A DNA stretch of 64,000 nucleotides from Trichoplax adhaerens (Eukaryota; Animalia; Placozoa): the NCBI RefSeq assembly GCF_000150275.1, contig NW_002060965.1, positions 744,001-808,000 on the forward strand. Direction: 5' to 3'. Below are positions 52,122-64,000 of the stretch, one piece after another. A program made the translations under genes and the position numbers. The notes under the pieces were generated by a model. The model ran no database searches, was not told where the DNA came from, and was given only the letters and a program-made list of their open reading frames with translations. The stretch's first letter is position 1; every line of letters begins with the position of its first letter.

Positions 52122-52891
52122 GTTGTTGGAAGTCCCCGTTCTTCTCTTTACGTTGTACGGTTGTAGTCTATTCGGTGCTTCAATCGTATGGACATTGAGC
52201 ACACAACACTGAGCAGAATCCGTCGGACTGTACAGTGTACAGTGCACAATACATCTGGTACATTACACTGTACACTGTACACTGTACGGTACAAGGGTAT
52301 CAATCCACCCACTCACTACCGTACTGTACTGTACTGTACTCTACGGTATAATGAGTGTACTGGTACAGTACTGTACACTGTACAGTACAGTACTGTATAC
52401 TGTACATCGGCAGATGACGAGACGAGCTCGACGGGCTGGCCAGCCGCGGTGGTTGACCCGGTTTTAACCTTATGCACCTACAGGAATCATAACAGATGTC
52501 TGCCTGCTGCCTGTTACTACAGTACTGGACGTACAGTACTGTACTGCTCGCTACAACAGATGTAGTACTGTAGTCTACAGTAGGCTGAAATCCTGTAATT
52601 TATACTACACTGTACCGCAACTTTACCGTGTCATCTCATCTTATTTTCGACCATAGCAAAAATAATGTCGCCTATGGCTTGCCGAGAGTACTGCCTACAG
52701 TAGGGCGGTAGAGCTGCCACAGGTGACATCGTCCTTTTTGATATCTCAGCCTATACTGTAGACTGGACAGTGTAGAGGTCTGTACGGACGTACAGACTTT
52801 CCTCCACCGACATGAGTCCTGTCCGGCCCGGCACATTGCGCGTGTGTGGGCAAAGGCACAAGAAGCAAGAGGATACGGTGGCAGCAGCAAC
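52122..52891. promoter_or_regulatory. Putative bidirectional promoter (FAHD1 / SUCLG1) rich in ACAGT repeats, with GC-rich patches
   Basis: Divergent ATGs at 52121 and 52892, dense ACTGT/ACAGT at 52225-52620, and GC-rich palindrome GGCTGGCCAGCC near 52434. Confidence 0.65.
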
Positions 52892-55800
52892 ATGGCTACT
52901 CTTCGACTATTGAATAGAGCTGGTAAGCAGTGTTGTGCAAGTAATCTTGCACAGTATGATATTGAAACATGTTCAGAAAATGAAAAAGCGTAATGTTATA
53001 AAGAATTGCCTTGATGATACTTTTATCGATACCTCCTACCTTGTTCAATTTATATTGTAGACGGGTAGAACGGAACATACCGTGATGCTGTAGCTAGTAT
53101 TCCGTATGAGTTACATTGAATTTTTTACTTGACGCTGGTAGAGTAGGAAATTTGATCTTGCTTAACACGTATGGCATCGCGTTTTATCGTTGTTACTGCA
53201 ATTGGATGATAAAGAGAATTGTAGAACTCTTTAATATCATTACTCTGACTGCTAGTTCTCTATTTCATATCAAATCTTGAGTCTTCATCTGCCTGCTTAC
53301 TACTGTACAGTACTGTGGAAGAGATGTACACTTGTACAGACGGCGTCGTGAGTAGACGCAACAATATTCATCAGTAATGTATAACACTGTCGAGTTAATA
53401 GTAGATTGGGTTATTGAGCGTAAATTACGCCAGAAAATTAACTCTGTTACGAATATAGTCATACTTCATTGTAATCATTGCTCACTGTGTATTTTGAGAT
53501 CGTAAACCATGACTGCCAACTTCAACATACATAACTGTATAGTACAGTACTAGCTACTTATGATTGATGTAATTGATATGTAATTATTGTAATTAATACA
53601 GTTAATTGCAGTTACAGATGACTGTATCTTAGACAGCAAGCTACATGTACTGTACAGATATTTCAACTTACTTTAATAATGGCTACATCCAACCTCAGGA
53701 ATCTCGGAGTATAGCAAGTACTGTACTGTAGTTGCTTATTATATATATTATTATACAGAAACCATATTCATATTAAAGAATGCATACGATTGCAGGATTG
53801 CGAGCATAATATGTATCTAAAACTTAATCATGTAATTTCTTTGCGTTTAGTGCTCCGACGCGTAAGCCAGAACATAAGAAGCCTCAGCACAGAAGCAACA
53901 AGAGGCAATATTATGATTGGAAAGGAGACCCGAGTAATTTGTCAAGGTTTCACTGGTCGACAGGTTAGCGATGTAGTCGCATTCTGCTCAGAATGTAATT
54001 TGAGTAGGCACTACAACTTCAAGAGAGATCTGGATTAAAAGCCATGCACAATCAAGAAATTACAGTTTTTATGTTCGCGCAATTCACTACCAATTAGTCT
54101 CAATTAATTTAAAATACAATTTGCTCAGTCACTTCTACTTCAAGAGAGATAGAGATTAAAAACTTTCCACAATCAAGGAACTACAATTCACTCCTTCTGT
54201 TCCATTTACTACTGATAATAGGGTACTTTTCATAGTGAACAAGCAATCGCTTATGGCACCAATATGGTTGGTGGAGTTTCTCCTGGTAAAGGTGGTAAAA
54301 CCCACTTAGGATTACCTGTTTTTAACTCTGTCCAAGAGGTACGCTATTGACTCCATATATACGTACTTATGATAGTTGTCTATTGCTTATGATAAACGTC
54401 AAGATTTCATTCTCTATGATGCTATCTTTGTTCTAAAAGTTATCTAATCATTATAATAAATTATTTATACTCTGTAAAAATTGGATTAGGCGGTGGACTC
54501 AACTGGAGCTGAGGCAACGGTGATTTATGTTCCCCCTCAAGGGGCAGCAGCTGCTATCCATGAGGCTGTAGATGCAGGGATAGGTTTAATTGTTTGCATT
54601 ACTGAAGGAATTCCTCAACAAGACATGGTGAAGGTATAATATTATCTATAGTGTGATACTATTATCTTAGATTCTGGGATAACTTATTATTCATTTTGAG
54701 ACAACTTCCATTTAATAATCTTAGGTAAAGCATAAGATACTTCGACAAGATAAATCTAGATTGATAGGACCAAATTGCCCTGGTATCATTAGAGTGAGTA
54801 CATTAATACAAATTTTATGAAATATGCTAAAAATAGTTTATGCCATACCAATATGCTAAGGTCGTTTTACTTGCTAAATCTAACTATTTATTAATCAACC
54901 CATAATTAGCCTGGACATTGCAAAATTGGTATTATGCCTGCTCATATACATTTACCTGGTAGAATTGGTAAGCTAAAACGTTGTATTGACGTAATGATAT
55001 TTGTTGAGACACGAATGAGAAAAACAACTTGTAATGTGTGTATTTATATTTTGTCCTACTTGAGGAATTGTTTCGAGGTCTGGAACTTTAACTTACGAAG
55101 CTGTTTTCCAGACCACTAATGTCGGCCTTGGACAGACTTTATGTGTTGGTCAGTATCGATATCATAAGTCATGCAGTTATTATTATTATTGATCTTTCTA
55201 ATTTAATGTATATAACTTTTATAGGTATTGGTGGAGATCCATTTAATGGTACAGATTTTATTGATTGTCTTGATATATTCTTGAAAGATGACAAGACTGA
55301 AGGTGCGTTGTTGACTTACTGACAGTGATTTCTACCTATCATCTCGGTTATCTTTCTTCCTGATAATCCAGAGTATTATATAATAGGTTATATCAATTAT
55401 ATTATTGTTAGGTATTGTCTTAATTGGTGAAATCGGTGGAGAAGCTGAAGAGAAAGCAGCTGAATTTTTAGCCAAACATAACTCTGTTAGTTACCTGTTT
55501 GTAGCGCTAAAGCATTTGAGATTTCTATTTTTACTGATTATGTACTGTAATTTCCTACTCTATTTTAAAATAAGGGCCCAAATGCTAAGCCAGTTGTATC
55601 ATTTATTGCTGGAATTACTGCCCCACCTGGTAGACGTATGGGTAAGCTAACAAAAGAAATTATTTTTTAACCAAACTTTGACCTATCCTAGATATAGCTA
55701 GTACTAGACGTATGACCGTAACTGACATTCGTATCATTCTTCAGGGCATGCTGGAGCAATCATCTCAGGAGGCAAAGGTGGCGCCGAAGAAAAGGTTCGA

Positions 55801-56098
55801 TTCTAATTCTCTTTGCCACGAAAATTCAAAATTCGTAATGATATCGTGACTAAGCTTACTTCATGTTTATTTTCTTAAAACTGAAGATTGCAACTCTTGA
55901 AGGTGCCGGAGTAGTAGTCACTAAGTCTCCTGCGCGAATTGGTTCAACAATTAAAGAGGTAATTTATATTTAGAAAGTAAAGGTTTTATTAAGAGTTGAT
56001 TGTATTAAATCAAGGCTCAATTTCTCGGGGCGTTGCTGATGTTTTGTTTTCGTTTTCAACTCCGTTTATAGGCTATGCAAAAAGCTGGGAAGCTGTAG
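52892..56098 (+). CDS. SUCLG1: Succinyl-CoA ligase alpha subunit, mitochondrial, 13 exons, 327 aa
   Basis: Exons 52892-52922, 53851-53963, 54222-54338, 54490-54633, 54725-54793, 54910-54967, 55065-55148, 55225-55302, 55412-55485, 55575-55641, 55745-55794, 55887-55958 and 56072-56098. Presequence [17 protein letters not shown], then [29 protein letters not shown] and RRMGHAGA (phospho-His). Confidence 0.97.
54010..54188. repeat. Two ~58-bp diverged direct repeats in SUCLG1 intron 2
   Basis: cactacaacttcaagagagatctggattaaaagccatgcacaatcaag versus cacttctacttcaagagagatagagattaaaaactttccacaatcaag. Confidence 0.75.
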
Positions 56099-56789
56099 CG
56101 GTTTTTTATTATAGTCAATAGTCTGTTTAAATTTGCATTAAGCTCAGGATTGCAATAATTTGGAAGCATTAGTTTGTTTATTGAATTATACCCTCAACAA
56201 TGAATTAATCTATCAAGCAATAAAGATTATCGCCTTCATGTAAAATTAAATGAAAATACATCGTTATTGCTGATCTTGAAAGTGATAATAGCAGCTCGTA
56301 CGGTGCTCCACTACTACAGTACTATGATGTAGACAATGTAAAATATTTAATGTAACAGATTAATACTGTACCGTGATCGCAAATGATGCAATTTGTTCGA
56401 ATAGACCGAGTTAGATTTGACGTGCAATATACAAGATCAACAAATTATATACCATCGTCTGATCATGACAAGATGGATAAGTCACATTTTCTACATAGGA
56501 CAGTAACTTTTCGCAGGCTTACAGAACTAATCATAGATTTTTCCCCCTTCGCTATTCATAGTAACCGCGATCGAAGACTATGACAATCAGCAATCATACT
56601 GATTTACTGCAGCACTTAGAAGCAAATTTATATCTAACTATTTCAATGATTGCATCAGTACTAACAGTGCATCTTGAATAAATTGTATATTTAACAAAAA
56701 TTGGTAACGATTGGTTCGATTTCTATAATACAGTATACGATTAGCAATTATATTAAGAGAAATTTATAGTACAGTTCCAGAGGATTATT

Positions 56790-59700
56790 TTACTTTACTT
56801 TTTTGTTCTTTTCCAAATATTTTGCCATTGGATCGTCGCTACGTGATTTCATTAACCTATAAGCCTCCATTTCTTCCTCAGTTGGTTCGTGTACACTTAT
56901 CTCCATCGGATTATATGGTCTCCTACGTTCGTCCAAAGACAGCATCTTTTCGGCATTTTGTTGGTTCTTGATCTCGGCCTCTATAGCACTAGCTAATTTT
57001 TCTTTTTTCTTTAGAGTATTATCTGCATCGTCGGCCTCACTCGTTTTACGTTTAATCTTTTTAGTCTTCATGTTTTCTTGATGAATCTAATGTACAATTT
57101 ACCCCAATGAATAATATATTTTAACGTTACCTTGTAGTAATACTACTATCTCAGTTTTGAACTATAACTAACGATATGTAATAAAGTACATGGCTCTATA
57201 GCGGACGTACGCGTGATTTTAAAGTATGGAATTATGTAATTCTTATAGTAGCGAGTTATACCTCTACAAGTGACTTTGGTTGTTCAGCTTCTGTAGGAAG
57301 TTCCAACATCTCATTTACAGCCTCCAATCGTGATTGTTGATTAAGTGAGCCCGTGCAATACGACATTTTGATAAAGGAATGGCAGCAAGCATAACCCCAT
57401 CTTCCATCTTTCCAGTAAGATCCCCAAACAGTCTAAGATTAAGTTATCACAATTAAATAAAAAACTCTTTAATGTATATTTCAATAGCATGCCATCGTAT
57501 GAATCTAATACTTACTTTGTGATTGTTTATTAAGATATCTTCTTCATACTTTGATCTGATGGTTACTTTTTCTTGTCCTTTAATCATATTACCAAATCGC
57601 GAGTATTCAACGTAATTTTCCGTCTGTGATAGAAGCATATCTCTGGGTGGTGCATCCAAGTGTTCTTCACCTCCGTACCTATTAGTAAATGAGTAGTGGT
57701 GATAGTCCAATAAGCTACTTGCATAAATTATACAGATCAATTGCTAGAATAAATAGTACTCACTTTTCAAGAATGCGTTTCTGTTTATTATCTTGAAAAT
57801 CATCTTTGCGAACATTAAATTCTTTTCTCAATAATTCTAATTTAGTTGGTTCAGCTAGAACGTGTACATCTACCCCTTTGTTGTAAGCTTCCCATGCGAA
57901 TACTAGAATATAATAAAATATTTAAGCACAATCGCTTATGAATACCAATATTAGAATTATATAAAATGCATCAACCAGAGTCAGCACTGGAGATGTTAAT
58001 CTATCTTACATTGAGATTTTGCCATTGCGACGGTATCGCCAGAATGTCGAATAAAATTATCACCAGCGTATGGCAAGCTATGGTTTATTAGAATTTTCAA
58101 AAATGATTTAACAACTTCTATAACGAAATTCAAGCAGAAATAATACTAACACTAACATGGTTTTATTGGGAAGGTTACTTATGTTATGGATATGTTTAAT
58201 TGAAGAATTCTTACTCTTCAGGATTATCTCCTGTTTGCTTGTAAGGATTATCTCTCATAGAACGAGTTTTCGGATCATAAAAGGCAGAATTTGGATCTAA
58301 ATTTCGTAAATACTGTAAAAGAGATGGAAGCTGTAGTACATCTGTTTTTGAACTAAAGTCTTTTCACGTCTACGAGTACTTGTATGCTATTTAAGTATCA
58401 CAGAACTTTGTAAATCATTTCATTTACCTTTGCAGTGTCTTCACGTAAACGTAGATTTCTAACTGTCATACGTCTGTTGGAGAAGGAATATTGATAAAAT
58501 GATGAATAGATAAGAAGGAGTTGAGTGAGGTAGTTTCATATTTTATACTAACATTTTAGAGTCAAATTTTGTTCCAGGCATATCAGCCTGTTCCGCGTAT
58601 TTGTCCTCATCTTTATCACTGTCAGCATCGCTGTCACTATCACTCTGGAGTTAATATTTTTCAATTAGTTTAAACCTGTTAGATGTAGTTGACAATAATA
58701 GTGTAGCAATTTCACCAAGATCACAAGTAAATTATTTTAATCCTATATTATAACCATAAAGCTTATCCAAATTATGAAAAATATAATATAGCTATGGTCA
58801 CCTCATCATGTACATTCTTTTCTTGGTTATTTTCTTCATCAGCATTTAATTCTTTACTGAGTTTTTCAGCTTTCATTTGACGTTTTGCCTATTATTGTAA
58901 AGAAAATCATGTTATTGTATTAGAATACAAGACTACTTAAGGACAGCTTTAATATCGGTAGATCCGTTTATGATAGTTATTGATCTTTCAAAACTAAACT
59001 GACTGATGATACCACTTCGATGATTAATTGGATATAATGCATTTATAAAGATCTTTCCATAACATTTCGTCATACCATGTCAATCTTGGCATATTCTTCA
59101 ATAACTTGTTTATAATCATCGGGATTGTAACCATTCCATCGATCACGTTTTCCATCATAGTCAAATTGTAGCTTTGGTTGTACGAATTCATCAGGTTTAA
59201 TATTTTTCTCATTAAATTTTGCACCAATACGGCGTGGTCGCTGTTCAAGAAAGAGATCAGAGAATATTGTTAGGCGATGGAGGCTAGGCAATCATAGGGA
59301 ATGCATTCCAGTTCAATTTATAGCGTATTAGTATATTTCGGATATGACTTGATAACAACAAGTTTAGAGACATGTTCACTGTCTAAGACTACAAGGGCAA
59401 TTTTACCTCAGTACATTCTTTTTTAGTGTGTGTTACAGCTCCACAGTTTTCACAGGCTCCTTTACGAAATTTTTTAGCCGCAACCTATGTTAAAGATATG
59501 AAATCGAAGATTAATTACTAGAGATGTGATAGACTATGACGCTATATCTTCCAATTAAGGAAAACACTTCTATTTGTAACGATAAAAATATTGACTTGGT
59601 CATTGTATCAAAGTATTTATGATTTACAACAGGCAATTAATGTGCTGTATGTTAGATGATAAGTAGGAGTTTTAAAACCTTTTGTGTGCCACGTCGATAC

Positions 59701-60882
59701 CAATCATTCAAGGGAGAGGAATCCTGCTCGATTTCTCCTTGGATTCTCTGATGTTTTAAAGAAGGTCTAATATACAAGATGAACAACTGTTGACGATATC
59801 GTAACAATAATGTATCGTATCATCCAGACGCCTTTAACCTCTACTATCAAGATCTACAGTAGTTTTAATTTGGCACTTGATACCTGTTAATGCCATAATA
59901 CCAAGGAACATCTTTGATATACTTGGGGATATGAGGATTGATATCTCTGTAATAGAAAGAGTCACATCATTCAATCCTATGTAGCAGTGATAATTTTTTC
60001 TATTCATCTCATTTTCATCATGATTAATAGCCATAACAGTTCAATGAATATGTCTGGATGAGGCCAAAAGTGAATTATTACTATCAATCTATGCTGTACA
60101 GATTCTTCCATTAACACTCTTCTTGTACTGTGTGATTGTAGGATCTGTACAGTACATGCACGATGCGTCTATTCGCTCTATTGGAGACTGTCGCTATCGA
60201 ATCAAACTTATGATGGAGACAGTTGGCCATGTTACAACACTAGTCTGTGGGCTAATATTTATACACAACGATCTTATGCATTGGTAATTTACTGTACACA
60301 TTAGTGATTACCTTATTAGATAAGATTACTGACATTAGTACAATGATTTAAGATAGGGTCTTTGTACTCATATAAATCCTTCTGCACTGATGCTAGTAAC
60401 TATTCTGATCAATTAATGTTACAAAGAAGCCAAAAAGTGAATTATTACTATCAATCTATGCTGTACAGATTATTCTATCGACGGTCTTCCTGTACAGTGT
60501 CGTTGTAGAATCTGTACTTGCACGACACGTCTATTCGCTCTATTAGAGACTGTGGCTATCGAATCAAGTTTACGATGGAGACACAGTTGGGCATATTACA
60601 ACACTAGTCTGTGGGCTAATATTGAGCATATACTATAGACTTGTTTAGTCAATTAACTTTCTACATCCTGGATGGATCTATTCCAATGGATTATTTGGAT
60701 ATGAAATTGAAGGCTGACTTGACTAATACTATCATTCATGCTTACCTTCCTTCTTCATCTACCTCAGCTGGAGCTGTACCCGCTTTTCTAGCTTCTTCTA
60801 ATTCTTTTTGTTTTTTCCAATTTTCCCTTGTAACACGATTATTATTATTAGCAGTTTCTGCGGCAGCGGCTGTTAAAGACAT
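56790..60882 (-). CDS. SLU7: Pre-mRNA splicing factor SLU7, ~14 exons
   Basis: Exon 1 60882-60746 (..[23 protein letters not shown]), [10 protein letters not shown] (59946-59884), zinc knuckle [14 protein letters not shown] (59484-59407), [34 protein letters not shown] and C-terminal [15 protein letters not shown]. Confidence 0.97.
60063..60623. repeat. Two ~196-bp diverged direct repeats in SLU7 intron 1, each with two hairpins
   Basis: Copies 60063-60259 and 60429-60623 both run gccaaaagtgaattattactatc...ctagtctgtgggctaatatt. Confidence 0.9.
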
Positions 60883-61009
60883 TTTCCTGCTTTCTTCCTT
60901 TATTTCTCCTTTTTCTGGATTAAATTAGCATCAAAGTATGAAAGTTGTGAAAGCAATTCCTCTCCCACAATTCACGTCGAAACGTTTGAAGGACGTGAGT
61001 GACTGTCCC

Positions 61010-61612
61010 GTTTAGTACACATCTGTAGTTGTACGATAGTATAATGTATCGTACCTACTGCTACCTACTGTATGGTACGTAATACTATGGTACTGAAACG
61101 AGCAGAATGTTGCGGTATTGAAAAAGGAACGGTAGAGTACAGTATACAATACTGTAAAGTACAGTACTGTGTACTGTACTCTTCTTGAGTAGTACTGTAC
61201 GGTATGGTACCGTACAGTACGGTGCAGTATCCACAATACACAGCTACAGTACATAGTACCGTACTCCTTGACTGTAGCAGTACAGTACTGGACTGGACTG
61301 GACTGGACCGTACAGTGTACTGTACAGTACAGTACACTGTATAGTACTACTTACAGAACAGTACTGTACACTGTACAGTGTACACTGATCACGACAGTCA
61401 GCTGAAGTGCGCATCCGCGTTCCGTTCCATTCCGTAGTTTACTCGCCACCGTACTGTACAGTACAGTACTGTACTGTACACTGTAGCGTACTCCGCGACT
61501 GTAGCAGTACGGGACAGTACTGGACTGTACCGTACCGTACAGTGTACAGTGTACAGTACTACTGTACTGTACTGTACAGTACACAGTACTGTACACTGGT
61601 CACGACAGTCCG
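61010..61612. repeat. Dense ACAGT/ACTGT satellite-like tract upstream of SLU7, with an internal duplication
   Basis: Near-continuous tacagtactgtac variants; the block gtactcc..gactgtagcagtac..tcacgacagtc occurs twice (about 61260-61400 and 61488-61610). Confidence 0.85.
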
Positions 61613-64000
61613 AGATTAATCAACTTTTTTTCATAGTTTCATACTCAATGTGGCCCAAATTCTTTCTCCAGTGGCAGTTTTTTCCTTCTCTTCACCAATA
61701 TAGTAACAAGATGGACAGTTCAATTTTAACATACAGTATAGACATGTTTTATTAGTAAGAAAAATAGAGGGAAAATAGACTAAAGACTCGGGTAAATACT
61801 TCTATTAAATACACATACAGTACTGTATGTACTTATTTAGAACGAAAATGAAAGGGAATCGAAATGATCCTTCACTTTTCTGGTCATTTCAAGTGTATTG
61901 TATATCTGCATGGTACACTATCCTGTCGACGATTGACAGTTAAATAACAAAATGCGCTGCTCTCGTGTGACATGCGCAGTAATACGCATAGGTTACGTAC
62001 CGGTTCGATCCTGTAGGGCGTGTTTGCAATAAAATCTTTAAAATCTTCCATCTTCAATCCTGAAACATCTACATATCGTGTTTGATAGTCTTAGATCTAC
62101 TATAGGACCACGCACACTACATACTAAACAAGTGCATATTACACAATTTACATCATAAGCCTCGATCTTATACGGCCATGTTATAAAAAAAGTAAAGGAT
62201 CTTGACTATTTATCCAGTAAAGTAGTGGGCGACCAGCTGATGGAAGTCTGCAGATACGAAGAGTGATTGATTGCGACTTCTTGAAGGCCACAAGTGCAAT
62301 CAAAACAGAATAGGTAAATTGTTTTAAAAGTATTGATCATGGCATCGAATCTTCCTATTCGAGAAAAGCTTACCAGCAAGATGCAAAGTGCCATTTTAGA
62401 GACTGGAAAGTTAGCTAGACATGTACAGCCAGGATGGAAAACTAACGAAGTTAGTATAAAAATGGATGATTATCCATTTATTAAACCTAAAGAATGATGA
62501 ATGGAGGATACTAACAACTAATAAAATCAATACACTCATGTTAATGTTATATAAGTAAATGCAAAATAACATGTGCTCGCTTACCAGATTACCTAGTCAA
62601 CAGGATCTATTGCATACCAGATTGACATTTGACATGCAATGATAGCGACCACAATGTCTACCATTACTATCCATATCTTACGGAGCCAGTCATTATATTA
62701 ATTATTATACGCAATTTCTAATAGATGCGTACTGATGTGATAAGCTCGGACCTAAGATGATTTCCACGGCATAGTGTTATGCTACTGTAATTGCATGATA
62801 CTGTTAGTAAATGTAGTAATAAAAAATAAGACAACTGATTGTGAATGTGGTAAAATATACGTCATCATAACGATGACCACTTATCATAACACGTTATAAC
62901 ATGGTGAAATTATAATCTACGATCTCAAGGGCATCACTCAAGCTGTTAAATATACTTGTATGCAAGAAATACATTTGAAAAATGCAGTGGATGTGAGTAT
63001 TCAATAGGCCTTAAACGATTCAACTTTTAGCAATTGTAATAGCATAACAAATTAGGGGAAGAAGTGATAGAACGTAGAAATTGATCATACGCGTATTATG
63101 CTTTCTCAACTACGATGTATAATGTTATACACGATTACTGAAATATTATCTAGAATTCCCAAAAATTAAAAGATCAAATTGAAAAGATGAGAATACAGTA
63201 AGTATTAACTCACAAATGAAGACTAACTTATATCACTGTACTTGTACAGAATCCATCATTTGCTACAATTTTTGAATCTAATCAGTGGTATCATTCCTAT
63301 TCTAGGTCCAATGACATTGAATGCAAGTACGACTTAGGATCGATAGAATAATAATAAATTATACTTTTTAACTCTTTCATCAATTGCTGCTATTATTGTA
63401 ACACAAAGTGCCAATACTGTACTCGTCTATTAGCTATTAGCTAACGTACATGAAGTGATCTAGTATAGACATCAACGAAGCAGTCTTTAAATTGCATCAA
63501 CATTATTTCAATAGAATTTATTGAAATTTGTATCTTTATAATTTTAAGGTAGTTCTACTAATCTGCTCAATTACATTTAATATTTCAGTTTGGAACGCTT
63601 AAACGCCATCACAGACTGCCTAGCGACTATCCCTCATATCGCTGATGATACCTCTATCAATAATTAATAGTTAATGAATTACTGATTAAAAAATATTTAA
63701 GACATTAGCAAATACCAATTTACTTCGTACCTTCCTCAGTCATATTCAAACTGGAAAAATTAAGACAACATTTACATAAATACGTACGAATACTATATCA
63801 ATTGATTGTCATAGATGCCTACAAAGATTCTCGAAAAAAATCGTTGCAGTACAGTATATAAAATAATAAAACTTTAACGGATCTTTATTCTCACTATAAA
63901 AATAGAACGGCAATGTAAAAAACAAACTGAACATTTTACGTATTACCTATTAAATTGTATAAATATTAGCGATATAGATATAGCTAAAAAAGTAATTAAT

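Noticed and set aside
52188-52565. 125-aa ORF and similar Y/C/T/V-rich ORFs (3126-3416, 30094-30324, 61012-61755)
   Set aside because: These are translation artefacts of ACAGT/ACTGT repeats.
53679-53714. ATG GCT ACA TCC.. as SUCLG1 first exon
   Set aside because: Its donor phase is incompatible with exon 2. The 52892-52922 exon fits the phase and gives a mitochondrial presequence.
61959-62020. tRNA gene (GGTTCGATCC B-box at 62002-62011)
   Set aside because: The T-stem is poor and there is no D-arm or anticodon arm; at most a degenerate SINE/tRNA relic.

Overview
AT-rich eukaryotic (animal) genomic DNA with short GT-AG introns, intronless rhodopsin-class GPCRs and abundant ACAGT/ACTGT pentamer tracts, most consistent with a placozoan (Trichoplax-like) scaffold (inference, not verified). 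Intact genes reconstructed by hand: two divergent 7TM GPCRs, GOLGA7, two intronless FAHD1 paralogs (one lacking several catalytic residues), a TEX36/HDNR gene, a kinase-less 3xIg FGFRL1-like receptor, SUCLG1 and SLU7. The left ~27 kb is gene-poor and holds decayed sequence: a MITE, a solo LTR with 5-bp TSD nested in LTR-derived tandem repeats, probable NRF- and discoidin-domain remnants, and a frame-intact but stop-riddled secreted cystine-knot (neurotrophin/Spaetzle-like) pseudogene missed by the ORF track. Both FAHD1 copies sit head-to-head with another gene across ACAGT-rich intervals. There is one 50-N assembly gap. No CRISPR array, rRNA or convincing tRNA was found.
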